Assembly (NCBI GenBank): GCA_013239625.1
Contig: MU057352.1
Coordinates: 32,452,904-32,516,903 of the forward strand
DNA length: 64,000 bases
Direction of reading: 5' to 3'
Source: Lama guanicoe
Taxonomy: Eukaryota
Shown: positions 37,301 to 52,300 of the stretch, one piece after another
How the letters are laid out: each line of letters opens with the position of its first letter
Numbering within the stretch: position 1 is the stretch's first letter
Notes under the pieces: model-generated
What the model was told of the DNA's origin: nothing
Database searches by the model: none
Seen by the model: the letters and a program-made list of their open reading frames with translations, nothing else
Position numbers and translations under genes: made by a program

Positions 37301-40300
37301 CTCACCTGATTTATTCAGAACCCCCGAAACCATGTACCCTGGCTCTACCTACTCATTTTCCACGTGGCGAACTTACGCTCGCCCTGCCCTCCACCCCGCC
37401 CGCAGCCTCTGGGTGGGGAAGGCCTGGGTGGTTTGGGAGCACATAGTTATCTCTGAGGCAGCCTCGAGGCCGGGCGGAACCTTCCTTCCCTGGGGCCAGG
37501 TTCCCGCCGGAGCGCCAGCCCTGGACTCTACCCACAAGCCCGAGGGAAGCAGCTTAGGCTGCTCTGATTGGCGGGGGCGGGGGCGGGGTAGCCTCGGCTG
37601 CTCGGGGTGGGGGGGAGTTGGCGAGGGGCTGCGCAGGCGCAGGGGTTCGGAGCATTTGGCTCACATTCTCGAACAGCGGCAGCAGGTGCTGGGCGATTTT
37701 GAGGCTGATGGCGCCGACGCCCTGGGTACCCAGACGGTGCAGGATGTCGCCCAGGATCTCCATCAAGCCCAGGAGGTCTTTGGGCTCGGGCTTCAGGAAG
37801 CTGTCCAGCAGCACGGCCAGCCGGTTCCGGAGCAGGACCACCTGCAGGGAGATGCAGCCGCCCCCTGGCCTGCGCCGCTCCCTCCTAAACAGGCTTCCTG
37901 GCCCAGCCTCAGAGACTGCCTCTCCTCTCACTTACTGCCCCTCTTTAAGCTCAGCTGGGGACCTCGGTTCCAGCCCTTGACCGCATCTTGGGAGCACGGA
38001 GGCCCAAGAGGCAGGAGGAGGAAGGATGCCCCCGTGGAGTGAGGTGTGAGTTCTCCGTAGCCGGGTGCAGCATGAATTGGACCACCTGGCAGGAGTGCCT
38101 CAGGTAAGAAATCCCTGCCTGGGCAGGGGGCCAAAGTCGCTGACCTCAAAGTCACTGAGTTTACTCCAGCTCAGAAAGTGTCGGGTTCTCAGCGCTATGC
38201 AGTGCAGCAGGGTCTCCCAACATTCCTGCCCTCCCCTGTCCTGGGCCTTGGCTTGCCTTCCTCATCCAACCCTTGAGGTTTCACCTACCCTGGAGGCCCT
38301 TTTCAAGTGCACCCTCCTCCTCCCTAAAGCCTCCTCGAACAGGAGTGGGCGCACCTTCCTCTCACCTTCTTAGGCTGCAGGAGGATACTGCTGAGGCCCT
38401 TCAGGCTCATGGCCCTCACCAGCTGGTTGGGGTTGTTGAGGCCCAGGCTCAGGAAGTTGTCCATGGTTTTCCGAGACATGTACTGGGTGAGCTCTTGGCC
38501 ATTGAGAAACTAGGTAGGGTTGGCACAGTCAGCCCCCCAGTTAATTATGGCCGTCAGGGGAAATCGGCCTATAACCTAGCATGAGAGTGGGGTTAGACAT
38601 AAGGAAGCACTTCCAGACAGCAGGTAGGTCTGATGTGGAAGGTGAAAGTTAGGATGCCTTTATATCGGGTAGGAATGGGGCTGCAGTTCTCTGACCTTCC
38701 TGAGGGCCAGAGGGCACCTGGAGGAGCAGAGGTGGGGGCCAGGAGGGACTGACCTCTGTTATGATGAGGATGGCCACGATGTTGTCCCGTTCTTCCGGGC
38801 TCTTCAGGAAGATGACTGCCTGCCCCAAGACAGCTTTGACCTCACAGTCGTAGTGGGCCATGGCCCTGTCAGATGGAAGAGGCAGACAGGGGGGCACTGA
38901 GGGCTCCATCCTTGGCCAGGAGGACCCCTCTCCCCCGGCAGACCTTGCTCACCAAGGGCGATGGCCCAGGCCACTCAGTCTGGAGCTCAGGGTCTGAATA
39001 CGGGGTGCGGGAGGGGAGTCCCATCAGGGATGCAGTCTGGAGCCGGGCCCCTCCCAGGCTTGGTCCTTACCTGGCCAAGAGGGCCACCCCCTCTGTGTAG
39101 GTTTCCAGGCGCTCAAAGAGCTCCCAGCCCCTCAGCAGCTTGAGGTAGGCAAACACCTCCCAGTAATTGGTGGTCCAGAAGAGACCCTTCAGGGCCTCCA
39201 GGCATGTCCTAGGGGCAAGTGGGGGTATGTAGAGGGGTGAGTGAGGGCCTGGTTCTCCACCTGGAGCATGAGGTTGGCTTCTCCACCACAACCCACACTC
39301 TCCCATCTGGGCCTGGGTGAGCTGCCTGCTGCCCTCTGAGCTTCCCCTCTGGCAGGAATTCCCTCCTAACAGGGGTTGGCTATGCTGCCCCCTGCCCCCA
39401 ACCCTGGTGGGACGAGAGTTCCTCCTTTTTGGGTCCCCAGCACTTAGCCCAAGGCTTGGTGCCTACCAGGGCTTCTGGGCATGTGTAGGAGGAACCAGAA
39501 AGAAGGTGTGGGCTGGGGGCCTCGGGCCCGTCGTACGTCTCACCTGCAGGGGCTGAGGGCCTGCGTCTCCAGGCTCTCCTCCTGGTGGTCTGCGATGCCC
39601 TCTACCACGTCCAGCTCAAACAGGTAGTGGAGCTGCGTCAGCAGGCCCAGGAGGATCCCCGCAAAGGCCCAGCGCACCGTGGCCTTGTACTCCCGGACGT
39701 AGAGGAGCTCATAAATGGCGCCCAGGGCCTGCAGCAGGACAGGGCACCACCCTTGGTCCCCACCTAGGACCTGGCACCGGTGAGCAGAGGAGCGGGGAGC
39801 AGCCACCACAGAGCTGCCCTGCCTGGAGCCAGCCCCACCCTGGGACTCAGCATCTGGGGAGCCCCTCTGCCAGGCCACGCTGGCGTCCCAGGGCCCTTGG
39901 ATATTGATAGCCTTGTAGAGGGTGGCAGAGGGGCTCACCAGCAGGGACATGAGCTCAGCCTGCACAGGGAACCTGATGAGCTCGCGGTGGGGCCGCAGCT
40001 TCAGCTTCACATAGAGCAGCGTGACGACCTTGCGGGCCAGCCGGCTGTTGGCGGCCAGGGCCTTCCACAGGGGCATGACGTGCCTGGGGAGGCAGGGGCC
40101 AGTCCCACCAGCTGGCTGGCCACACAGGGTGAAAGGCCAGTGGGACATGACCCCAGGGCAGCAGGATGGCCTGCTGCATATGGGGCAGTGAAGGTGGCCA
40201 GGCCCCTTGGGAACAGAGGAGCTCTCCATCTGGGCGCGCCCAGGCGGCTGTATTGTGATGACCAGCGGGGCTGGGGCCCTGCTCAGAGCTCTGTACACAG

Positions 40301-43300
40301 GCAAGCCTTCCCTGCCGTTTGTGCTCAGCCCCACCTTGCACCCCATGGCCTGTGACGCAAGCAAACCCTGTCCTTCCCCAGCCTGTCTCCTCACTCACAA
40401 AGTGGGGGTCGTACGCAGCAGGGCTCGCCCCTCAGGCAGCCTGGGGAACAAGTGAGCCCTGGGGTTGGAGGGTGCTCCCGCCTCCGCAGCCCCGGGAGCT
40501 CCCTGCTCCCTGTCAGAGGTGCCGTGGCCCCGTGGCAGGCTGCTGCTCCCTGAGGTGCTCCGGGAAGCACCATGGCCTCCAGCACCCCCCGGGCTTCAAA
40601 GGGCACACACACCACTCAGTTCTGGTTGGAATGCAGCTTCTGACTCGACTGGGCTGGGCCAGGCCTGAGGCTGTATTTCTAACGAGCTCTCAGATGCTGC
40701 TGTTCCTGCGTCTGCAGTCAGAATGGTGCAGCTTGGAGACGCCACAGTAGGGGCGACTGGGACTGTAAGCTTAGGGCCCAGAGGCAGCTGGCAGGAACTG
40801 TCTGGGGCTGTCCTGTAACCCCGCCGGCTGCTCTGCCGGTTGCCTCTGGGAGCTCTGAGTCTGAGGGACACTCCCACACCGAAAGCCCTCCTTCTGGGAC
40901 TTCTGGAGCCTCCACCTTAACCCCTCAGCCAGCGGCATCTTCAGAGATCCCCCGGCCCTGGTCCTGGCATCTAGGAAGGAGGGCGGAATTGGGCCGGAGC
41001 TCCTGTACCCTTCTGCGTTCCCTAGAGTGGAGTCTGTCCGGAAAGGGTCCGTGGACTGGAGGGTGGACCACGGGGAACAGACAGGTATTCATGTCTGGGC
41101 CATGGGCGCAGGTGCCCTACCTCTCTGAGGGGTGGCACAGGGACAGCATCACCTCGACAGTCTGCTGCGTGTGCTGGGTCCCCAGCAGCGTCACAGCCTT
41201 CATCATGGTCTGCAGGACATCCCTGAAGATGATGCAGGGCAGCTCCTGGAACAGGCCCTGCAGGATCTCAGCCACCTGTGCCGGGAAGGGCGGGCCATGG
41301 GAGCCTCAGAGCAGTCCTCCAGCTTCAGCCTCCCTCCCCGACCGGGCCAGGGTCCACCTCCTCTGAGAGGGCATCTGTGGCCTCCTCAGCCCACAGTCTG
41401 ACCCCTGTGTGGTCCCTGTGGCACGATGGGGCGTCTGGACATGTGCTCACAGCTGGTGCGGCCACTGACACTGACACTGCAACAGTGCCCCCCTAAACCT
41501 GTCCTGGTGGAAATGGGAATCAACTCAAGGGGCCAGTGGGCCTGGCAGCCCCTGCAGAACGGTGCTTTCTGAGTGGGCTGCAGACTAGGTTGGCCAAGCC
41601 AGACCGAGGGCAGTTAAACCCTAGTGAGGCGACAGCGGTGCGGGTAGTGATTTCTCTCTTTCCTACTGAACGAGACTGTGATGGAGGCAGGGTGTCCCTC
41701 TGATTGCCCAGGGCAAGGCCTTAGGACCTTGAGAGGTCTGGCTCGACAGGGACCCTGGGCATCACAGGGCGCAGCCCTGCTGACAGCCAGGGCCATGCTG
41801 TTTCAGGCACCTGCAGGCATGCTGTCTACCACCAGTGGCCAGGAGCAGCCTCGGGACCTACTGCCTCCTGGGGCTCCACACACGCACGTGGCTGTCCTAC
41901 ACCCTGCACCCCACGCCCTCCCTGGCGGACCCTTGTGCTGCCGGGCCAGCACGCAGCGCCCACCTGCTCCGGCTTGACGCTCCAACCCTCGACAATCATC
42001 AGGAGCAGCTCCGCGGCCAGGTTGCAGCGCAGAATGTCGCGGCTGCAGAGCCCTTGTAGGAGCGCGAGGACCAGCTGTGTGTGCTGGGCCACCGTCAGGT
42101 TCCCATCCAAGGCCTGTGCCAGAGGGGCTGTGCTGAGGGGCCGTAGGGGGCCCTCCCGGGTCCTGTGGGCTGGGAGACAGGACTGCGGGGCACTGCTCTT
42201 ACCCAGGGACAGAACAAGCACCAGGTGCACAGACTTGCAGAGACCCCGGAAGGGCCCAGATTGAACCCCTGCCCCCAGGAGGCTGTTGGAGCCTCACCCA
42301 GCTTGCCTCTGTGGGCAGCTGGAAGTGTAGCTGCTGCAGGCTCAGAGCAGCCCCTTCTCTGGAGAGTCGCTCTGGGGACAGTGGGAATGAGCAGCCTTGC
42401 CCAGGAGGTCGGAAGTCCCCACCCCCAGCCTGCAACCAGTGACTGACTTGGGGTACAGAGGGTGAGACCAACTCCATGGTGCAGTTCCCACTGCAGCACC
42501 GGGGGTCAGGCTGAGCCCATGCCCCTGCTCAGCTCTTCTGGCCCTGTCTTGCTCTCTTCACTCCTTCCTCCTGAGGACACATCCTGGTCCTCCGTAAACT
42601 GCACTGAAATTCCTGTCCCAGGGGCTGTCTCTAGGAGCCTCCACACCCCTCCCCTTCACCCCGAGACAACGGGCTTTAAAGCCCTGGGCTCTCTGGGAGG
42701 GATTCCCAAGGGACGTCCACGTGCCCAGGGGTGTTGTTGCTCCTGTCACAGCCTGTCCTGAGAGCAGGCTGCAGAAGATGATGAAACAGGCATAGAAATT
42801 TTCAGTGAGCTACCAAGGGCCACTCAGCCCGTTAGGGGCAGAGCTTGGACTCAAACCTAAACCTTTGACCCCCAGTCTAACTCGAAGGGAGCACGCAGCC
42901 TGAGAAGAAGGTGTGCCTGGGGAGGGGGGAGCAGAGGGGATGGGAGAAGGGCGTCTGGCCATCCCGCTGCCAGAACAGTGGGGAAGTGCTAAGGCCTAGT
43001 GAGGGGCTGAAGGGGCCCGGGGGAGGGGGTTCTGAGAAGGGAGATTCCAAAGGTGTTCCCATTGGGGAACCTTAGACTCTGTGGTCCCAAATTGGCCCAA
43101 TTGCAGAGTCAGAGGTGGGAGGGTGTGGGGGCAGGGTGCTAAAGGGAAGAAAAGCAGGTGCTTTCCCTGAAAGGAACTTCAAGGTTCTGGCTCTTCCTAA
43201 CCTGCTCCCATGCACAGGTTGCCTGGGGCCTCCATTGGCCCATCTGTAAAATGGGCAGGGAGGTGGATAGAGTCCACGCTCTTGGGCAGTTGGGGGATTC

Positions 43301-46300
43301 TGTGTGAGCACAGAGCAGCTGTCGGCCCCTCCCTGCCTTCAACTCTGACAGGTCCCACCTTCACCAAATCGTAGAACTTCATCTCCGACTCCCTGTGGAC
43401 CCTTGCTTCGAAATTCTTCATCTTATTCAAATTTATGAACTCCGCCGTGTTCCCTGCTGTGGGACACTTAGCCAGTCAGGAGGCCTGCCGCAGCCTGAGA
43501 AGGGACACCCTCCTCTCCAGACCACAAGGGAGGCGCAGAGAAGCCAAGCAGCCAGGCCAGTGCCCCAGGAGACGTGGGCCATATGGCCCCTGCTGGCCTC
43601 TCCCACCCCATCCCTGCTCACCACTCACTCTTCTGCTGGATCAGAAGCTGGAGGAGGAGGTAGACACACTGGCTGGAGTGGCTCTGGGTGATTTTGTCCT
43701 TGTCCCTCCACAGCAATGTCAGCAGGCCTACTTGGCGGCCCAGCATGGAGGGCAGGGCCTCTTCCTGGGGAGGGTGTGCAGTGAGCAAAGCCAAGCCCGG
43801 CCTCCTGGTGTCACGTCCGCTGTCCCTCCCAGCTTTCCAGCTCTCAACCTCTTCCTGTCTCGGCATCTTGTGGGCAAGGCACCGGCTCAGCCTCTGACAA
43901 GGGGCTCCCGTTCCAGGTCTGGGAAAGCCCTTCACCTCCCTGACCCTGGGCCCCTCATCTGCAAAGGCCGGTGGTCCTTTGCCTCTGACAGGAAGTTAGC
44001 GGCACTCCTACCATCACTCCCCTGTGTGCACGCCTGTATGTATGTGCTTATTCTAGGTGCTTCAAGACTTTTCCTGCTTACCGTTGTGTTTCAGCAGTTT
44101 TGGTTGTGATTTGCTTTGCTGTAATTTTCTTTGTGTCTGTCCTGTTTGGGGTCCGTTGATGTTCCTAAAGCCATGGGCTTGCGTTTTTCATCAAATATGA
44201 AGTATTTCAGCTTTTTCTCTCCAATATCTCTGCCCGAATCCTGTCACTCTCCTTCCAGGCCTCGGGTACTCCCGACAGTGTCCCAGCAGTCGCTGGGGCT
44301 TTGCTCGTTTCTCCTCCAGCCTCCCTTGCTCCTGTGGATGCTTCAGTTTCAGTAGGTTCTGTCATCCTGTCTTCTAGTTCGCTGACACTTTCTTCTGCAG
44401 TGTTTGACCTTCTGTTAACCAACACAGTGAGTTTTTCATAGCAGATACTGTATTTTGCAATTTCTAGAATTTCCATTGGTTCTTTTTTCTAGTTATCATT
44501 TATCTATTGACACTTTATGTATATTCTTTCATTATGTTCATTTTTCCTTTAAGTTCTTGGACATTTATGATAGCTGTCTTAAAATTTCATCTTCTTGTTC
44601 CATCATCTGTGTCATTTCTGGATCTGCTTGTAGCGACTGATTTCCACGGGTGGGCGTTCCCGTTTCTTCACCGTCACGTGTGTGTTCTTTGCGTTTTGTT
44701 TTGGCAGGCATTTAATTGATCTTTTGGAGGCTTGGGGTTAATTTTTTCATCTGAGCACCTTGAGAGCAGCCTTTGCTCTAGGACTGAAGTAAGCCTACTC
44801 ATAAGGTGTGGCCTTTACGGGAGGTTCCAGGCGGCCATTTGTTCCTGGAATGGTCGGGAAGCGGTGTTGCCCAGCTCCTGTGAATTCCAGGAGTTTCCCT
44901 TTGCTTGGCCTCCATGTGCAGCTTCATATTCAGCTGAAGACCCAAGAGTACCCTCCAGATTCCTGGAGCTCCTTCTCTGTACAGCTGCCCCCTCTCTGGA
45001 GCTCGCCTGGGGGACCCAGCCTCTCTGTGTCCCTGAAGTCCCGTCTCTGTCTCCTCAGAGCAGCAGCATTAGGGAGCCGCCTCCTGGGGCTTCAGAGCAG
45101 AAGACACCTTCAGGCAGGAACCTGGCACGGCTGTGGGGCCCTCCCCACCTGTTGTCCACCTCTCAGTGTTTTGTCCTGGGCCGCCTCTCGGCACCGTGTG
45201 GACCGGCGGTCTGTGTGTTCTGACCCACGTGACGGTGGTGCGCGATGGAAGGGCGGAGCTAGCACCTGTTACCAGGCAGCGTCGGGGCGGTGCAGGGTGC
45301 CGGGAGGGCTTCCTGCAGGAGCTGTCTGAGATGCTGGAAATGCTGTAAGTCTTGATGCCCGTATTTTTTAGAAGTCACTGAGCTGCATATGTACTATTTT
45401 CGCATCTTACCATATGCAGGTTTTACTTCAGTAAAGTAGGGTAAAAATTTTACGTGTTCTTCACGCCCAAAGCAGGGGGTGGGGGGTTGCCCCTGCAGTG
45501 CTTCCTCTGAACCTTTGGCCTCAGAGACCCAGCGGGTGGATGGGGCTGGGCTTGGCTGGACGAGGACTGCCCCGAGGCTCAGATAGTTTAGGCTTGTAAT
45601 TGGATGTGTTTTTGAAGTGTTAAACCGGCCCCACAGGCAAATTCGTGTGTCCAGTCTGGACCTCTCCACTCACCTGCCGGCGGGACTGTCCCCCTGCCTG
45701 CTCCCGTTTCTCTCGTCCAAAAGCTCAGGCCCTTACAAGGGCCTGCAAAACGTCCTCTGCAGCCGCAGCTGGCCCGCCGCCCCTCCTCCTCGGAGGCCAC
45801 CCATGCCTCCCAGCCTTGTCTCTGCCAGATGCCACCTTCTCAGTGAGGACCGCCCCTACTCTGACCCCTTACCTTTTTTTTGGATAACTAAATTTTATTA
45901 TGATTTTAAACTCAGAAAAACTGCAAGAATAGTTCAGAGAATTCCCATGTATCCTGTATGCAGGTTTTCTGATTATTTATATTCCCCACCCTCCATCCCT
46001 CCGTCTCCATCTCTCCCCGACTGGAGACGTTGGGGATTTGACCCCTAAATACTTCAGTGTGCGTTTCCTAAGAACAAGGACGTTTACTTAATGCAATCAC
46101 AGTGCAGTTATCAAAGCCAGAAAATTTAACTCTGCTGCAGTGATGCACGTCTGCCCCCACCCCGAGGTCCAATTTGAAATCTCATCAGCAGTCCCAGTAC
46201 CTCACACATGAGCGCACACACGTGTTTTCCCCCTGGCTTGGGGCTGTATATTACTTCTATTTTCCACACTAACTTTTCTTTAACATATCACGTGTAGTTG

Positions 46301-49300
46301 ACATGTTTCTTTAATCTGAACTCATTCCTCAGCATTTGTCTTTCTCAGCTGTGACTGTTTGAAAAATGCGGACAGGTTATTTGGGTTTATCTGCTGCTTC
46401 CTCAGGACTAGATTTTGTATCCCCGTCTCCGGCTCTCAGTGGAAGTTTCTAGTTTTGATGAAGTCCTTTTTACCAGTATTTTATTTGTAGTTACTGCCAT
46501 CCACACTCTGTCTAGAAGGTCTCTGTGTATCCCTAGTTCATGGAGAGATTCTGTTTTCCGCTTGTTTTTGACCTTGGCCCTGAGCCCGCGCTGCGTCTGG
46601 ACCGACTGCTGTGCTGTGACGGGGGCCGGGCTTTGTCCCCACGCCGGGGGCCTCTGCCTGCTGGAGCGCTCGTGTGGAAAGCGCTTTCCTCTCCCCCTTC
46701 AAGAGCTTCAGAGCCTCTGCTGACGATGGATTGGCTGTACAAGGGGGGGCCTGATTCTTGACCTCCTGTTCTTTTCCATCCATCTGGTCATCTGTCTTTT
46801 CTCCCGCACCACACTGGCTTGGTTCCGAGAGCTTCTTACTGTCCTGAAACTGGCAGTAGGTCCTCCAGCTGGTCCTTTTCTGAGCTCGTTCCGGCTGCCC
46901 GGGTCCTGCCAGCCCCGCCCGGGTGCTCTGGGCGGTCGCCTGGCCCCCTCCTTTCTTTCCAGTCTCCTGCTTCTCCCCACCCTATTTGAATTGCGACCTC
47001 CTCCCCAGGGCGTGGCCTTGTCCCCCGCACCTGCCAACCATCCAGGTGCTCAGTGGACACTGACTGCCCTAGCCAAGAGGGAGGCAGGGCAGCTGGTCCA
47101 GCATGGGCCGGGGCCCAGGCAGCCACTCACGGTGAGTCTCACGTAGTCCAGCACGTACTTCAGGAGCAGGAAGATGGACTGCACCACCCGCCTGCACTCG
47201 TGGCTCTTGTTTGACTTCAGCCAGGGTTCTGCGTGCTAGGGCGGAGAGAGGGACCCATCAGCCCGTGGACCCACCCTTGCCCTCCAGCTCAGACCAGCCC
47301 TAGGTGGCTACACGAAGTGGGCGGTGGGAGGGGTGGCTGTAGCCGGTCCCTCCCCACCAGACGGTTCAGCTTTCCCTGCCCATCCGTCAGCCCAGCAGCC
47401 TTGGGTGAGACTGGGTCTGCAGCCATGTGACAGCCTCCCTGGGCCATCGGAGCTCTGGGGGTGAGTGCTGTCCCACCAGGCTCTGAGTTGGCCTCTGCGG
47501 CCTGGGGGCAATGAAGGGGGAGCAGAGGGAGGCCAGCATTTGAAGGAGTCCCACAAACCACTCCTCAGACCTGTCCTCCTTGCCCCTGGGTACCCCAGGC
47601 TGTAAGGTCAGTGGGCCGCCCCGGGGTGCTCCTTGCAGGGCCCCTGGCCCCCAAGATGCCCACTGCAGCCCTTACAGCAGGTGAAAGCCCCGGCACTCGG
47701 GTCAGCGGTGTAGTGCACGCCTGCCGACCTGCCCCTCTTGGCGCCTCCTTTATGTGGGGGGCCTGCCCTGGGCGGGCCCTGGGGAATCTGAGTATGGGCG
47801 GGTGGGGGGCGGCCACTAGGAGCCCTCACGTCTGCACCCCGCGGCGCCCACCCCAGGCCTCACCTGCAGGAGGAAGCAGATCTCATCCATGCTCTCGTTC
47901 TCCGAGACGAAGTTCTGAAGGAGCAGGTCCAGCGCCTGCGCGGACTTCTGGTACAGCACCTGACAGGGCAGACAGTGCCTGGTCCACCCCGGCCGGCCCC
48001 AGCGTCCCGGCCCTGGTGGGTGAGCACGGACTATGCGGGCTCCTCGGGGCAGACCTGCCCCCAAGACCCCGCCAGGCGCGGGGCTCCGCGCACGCCGCCC
48101 GCCCCTCTGGATCCGCGCCTTTGCCGTGCGGCTCCGTGGTCTGCCTCGAACGCCTCCCTCAGGGTTGGTCCTGCTCTGCGTCCTTTCCCCTCCTTGGCTC
48201 TCCCAGGGACACATTTTGTGGGTATCGCCAGGTATTTGGCACTCAGGCCCGAAGCCGCACGCAGAGCAGCTGCCTAGTACTCGCCCTGGTGGCGGATGGC
48301 AGACCAGCGCAGCGCTTGGCGCTGGGTGTCGCTGGGTTGAGTAGGTGGCTGTGTTACTGTGGTGCGGCGCCACACAGGCACTCGCAGGGCGCGGAGTGGC
48401 TGTGGCATGTGTGCAGTAAGTCCTGGCTGTCTCTGCACGGCAGTGCTGTCACCTGCCCCCCCTTGGCCTAGCTGAGGGTGGAAGCTTTCTCATATTCCAA
48501 GGAGACGGTGCGTGCTGTAAATGCAAATGAGAAGTGACTGCAGCCGGCGCCTCTCAGTGATGGCTCGCTAGCTGCACGGTCCTTCTCCTTCCGTGGATGT
48601 GTGCTGAGCCCGCGGTCTGCACCCCCTGTAGGAGCTGACGGTAGGAAGCAGGCCTGGCTCCCGATCACAAGAATCTCCCATCCAGTTGGAGAGAGGCAGG
48701 AAGAACATGTTGTAAAAATCTCAGAAGAATACGAATAAACATCTAAACAAGTTTGAGGTCATGTTGCTGCTGCTTGAAGTGCTGTAGAAGAGGACAGTCC
48801 CCTCGGACCCAGGGGACCCTGGGCCCAGCCCAGGCGGGCACGCCTGCCCTCTGTCCCGCCCTCCCATCCGTGGAATGTCGCTGAAGGCCAGGTGGCTGGC
48901 GCGCCCAGGACAGAGCTGCAGAGGAGAGGGGTGCAGGAGTGCTGCTCTGGCCCCACTGACAGTTCTCTGTAAGAAAGATCTGAAAAGGCTCCAGATGTTC
49001 ACGAGTAATTTGACTGTGTTCCATAGCAAAGCCAGGAATAAGTGCAGGATACAGAAGTACATAGCATATGACAACATTCACGTGTAGTCAATGTAAGAAT
49101 TACCCGATGTGCAGAGAAGCAGGAGAGCATGGCCCGTGCCGAGAGGGAAGTGCCAGTCAGCCCAGACCAGCCCGTGTGTGACAGAGAGGAGGGTCAGTAG
49201 ACAGGGGTGTGGAAGAGTCCCTGTCACTGTTGTCCATATGCTGATAAGCTGGAGGGAAGACTGAATGTGAGACACAGAAGATACAACAAAATGATCCAAC

Positions 49301-52300
49301 TGATGTTTGTTTGTACAGCACAGGGAACGATGTTCAATATCTTGTAATAACCTTTAATGAAAAAATAACCTTAAATGAATAGATGTCTGTGTGTGCGGGG
49401 ACATTGTGCTGTGCATCAGAGACGGACATACTGTGATTCACTGCACTTCAGTTTCAAACAGTGACCCAGCTAGAACTTCTAGAGATGGAGACCACAGGGT
49501 ATAAACAGAAAGTACACAAAGGAATGAACGGCAGATTAGACTTCGAAGGAAGAAGGGATTAGTGAAGTTTACAGTACAGCCCCCACCACGTGCGTCTCGC
49601 TCCAAAATGAAATGTAGAAGGAGGTGGGCAGAACGTTAGTGCCCTGTGGGACAACTGCAAGCAGCCTCACGCACTGGTACTGGAGTCCCCAGGGAGCTGG
49701 GAGCGGGGATGCGACAAAAAGTATGGAAATAATGGCCAGAATGTTTCCAAATTTGATGAAAAGTACAAACTCACAGTTCCAAGAAGTTCAACAAACTCCT
49801 AGCACTAGAAACATGAAGAAAATTACATGAAGGCATATCATACTGAATTCCTGAAACCAGTCTTAAAGAGAAATTATAAAAAAAAGCAAAACCAAAAAGC
49901 CAAAAAAAAAAAAGCCAAAGAGAAGAAAGCTGTTAGTAGAGAAGCAAAAGTAAGGGTGGCAGTAGATTATTTTGAATGAAGCTGTGCAAGCGAGGAGTCC
50001 GTGGGTCCCGCACTTCTGGCACAAGAACAGAGTCTGTCAACTTAGGATTCTATTCGCAGTAACAGTGTCTTTCACTAACAAAAACTCAATAAAGACTCTT
50101 TCAGACGTCTGAAAACCGAGCTGCTAGAATGGTAAGGTCTGAAAGGACCATCTCCGGACAAAGGGCTAATATATACAAAAGTCGAGTGTATTTGGTTTAC
50201 CAGAAATGAACACTTGGAAATTAAAATTTTTAAATGTCATTGGCAATGCCAAAAAAAAAGAAGAAATATATGGGAAAGGACCTGATAAAAGATATGTGAG
50301 AAGCTCGAGAAGCATCGAGGAAGCCTGGGTGACTGGAGAGAGAGGCTGTGCTCACAGGTCACAGGTAAAACAGTGTGGAGGCATCAGTCATCCCCAGACT
50401 GACCCAGAGACTGAACATAATCCCAGCCAAAATTCCCGTGTGCTGTTCAGTAGAGGTTGACCTGCTGATTCTATGACCCATGAGGGGAAATTCAAAGAGC
50501 CTGGAATCGCATAAGCAACATTAAAAAGAGGAACAAAGTTGAAGGACTTCCACTACTCAACTTCAAGACTTGCTACCAAGCTATCAGAAGCAGTGTGGTG
50601 GTGACGTAAAGACAGATACACTGCTCAGTGGGGCAGAATAAAGAGATCAGAAATAGACCCAGATACATGGTCCACTGATTTCTGACACAGGTGCAGAGGT
50701 ACTGCACTAGAGGAGGTGGTCTTTCAACAAGCGGTCCTAGAACAAAGAAACTTCAGCCCACACCATATGCCATATAAAAGCTAAAAACATGTTCAGAGCA
50801 GATCACAGGCCTGTGTATAAAACCTCAAACATAAAACTTCTAGGAGAACATGTAGCATAGAAAACAGGGGAAATTGAGAAACACGTTTCTTCTGTATATT
50901 CAATATCTGGTAGTAACCTATAATGAAAAAGAATATGAAGATGAAAACAGGTATGACTGAAGCATTATGCTGACCACTAGAAATTGACACATGATAAACT
51001 GACTATACTTCAATTAAAAAAATAAAAATAAAACATGGGAAAAATCTTCAAGGGCTTGGGTTGAGCAAAGATTTCCCAGAGAGTCGTCCCTCAGTACCCA
51101 CGGGGGATTGGTTCCAGGACCCCCACAGATGCCACAGTCTGGATGCCCAAGTCCCTTCTCTAAGATGGTGTTGTATTTGCATATAACCTATATACACCCT
51201 CCTGCATACCTTAACTTGCCTCTAGATTAACTTATACTACCTAACACAGTGTAAATGCAGTGTACATCATTGTACATGCAATGTAATTTTTATGTGAATA
51301 GTTGTTGGCGTGGCAAATTCAAGTTTTGCTTATTGGAACTTTCTGGAAGTTACTTTCTGTCTGAGATTGGTTGAATCAGCAGACGTGGACTCTCTGGATG
51401 CAGAGGGTCAACGATAGGATACCAAAATCACTGTCCATAAAAGAACAAATAGATGAACTGACTTTCTTAAAATTAAGGAAGTTCTGCTCTTCAGAGAAGA
51501 CTATTAAGAGAATGAAGACAAGCCACTAATTGGGAGAAAATACTTTCAAATCATGTCTGATTAAGGCTCACGTTGAGACTATAGCTAAACAAACAATGCA
51601 ATTTAAAACTTAGGCATAAGATTTGAACAGATGCCTCAGCAAAGAGGACACAAGGTGAAAAGATGCTCCACACCTTGATCAGTAGAGAAACGAAGATTTA
51701 ACCCACAAGTCACCACGACAGGCCCAACAGAAAGGCTGAAATGTAAAAGACCCACCATGTCATATCTTGGTGTGGACTTGGAGCAGTGGGAGGTCTCACC
51801 CGTGGCTGGTGGGAAGACAGCCTGGCAGTTGGTTAAAAACTTACACATGTACCTGCCTTGGGACCCGGCCATTTCACCACTAGGTATTCACCTGACCAAA
51901 ACGAAAATGATGTCTATGTGGAGACCTTACACAAGTCTCATAGTGCCTTTGTGTGGAACAGCCCCAAACTGGGAATGAAACAGAAGCCCATCGTCTTGTG
52001 AGGAGTCAGCAGATGGTGGTCAGTCTGTGAAGTCAGACACTGCTAAGCAGTGGAAAGGGATGAGCTTCTGACCCACGCTACAGTGTGGACGAGTCTCAGG
52101 ACCATTATGCTGAGTGAGGAGAACCCAAATGAGGGAAACTCAACACCATGAGGTTCCGTTAGTACCGGAGTCTTGAAGATGCAACGCGTCGGTAGCGAGA
52201 GCAGTCAGGTGACTGTTTGAGTTGGGAGAGGGGAGGAGGAGGGTTCCACGGTGGCGCAGGAAGCCTTTGGAATGACAGGTCTACTTGTTGTCTTGTTGCT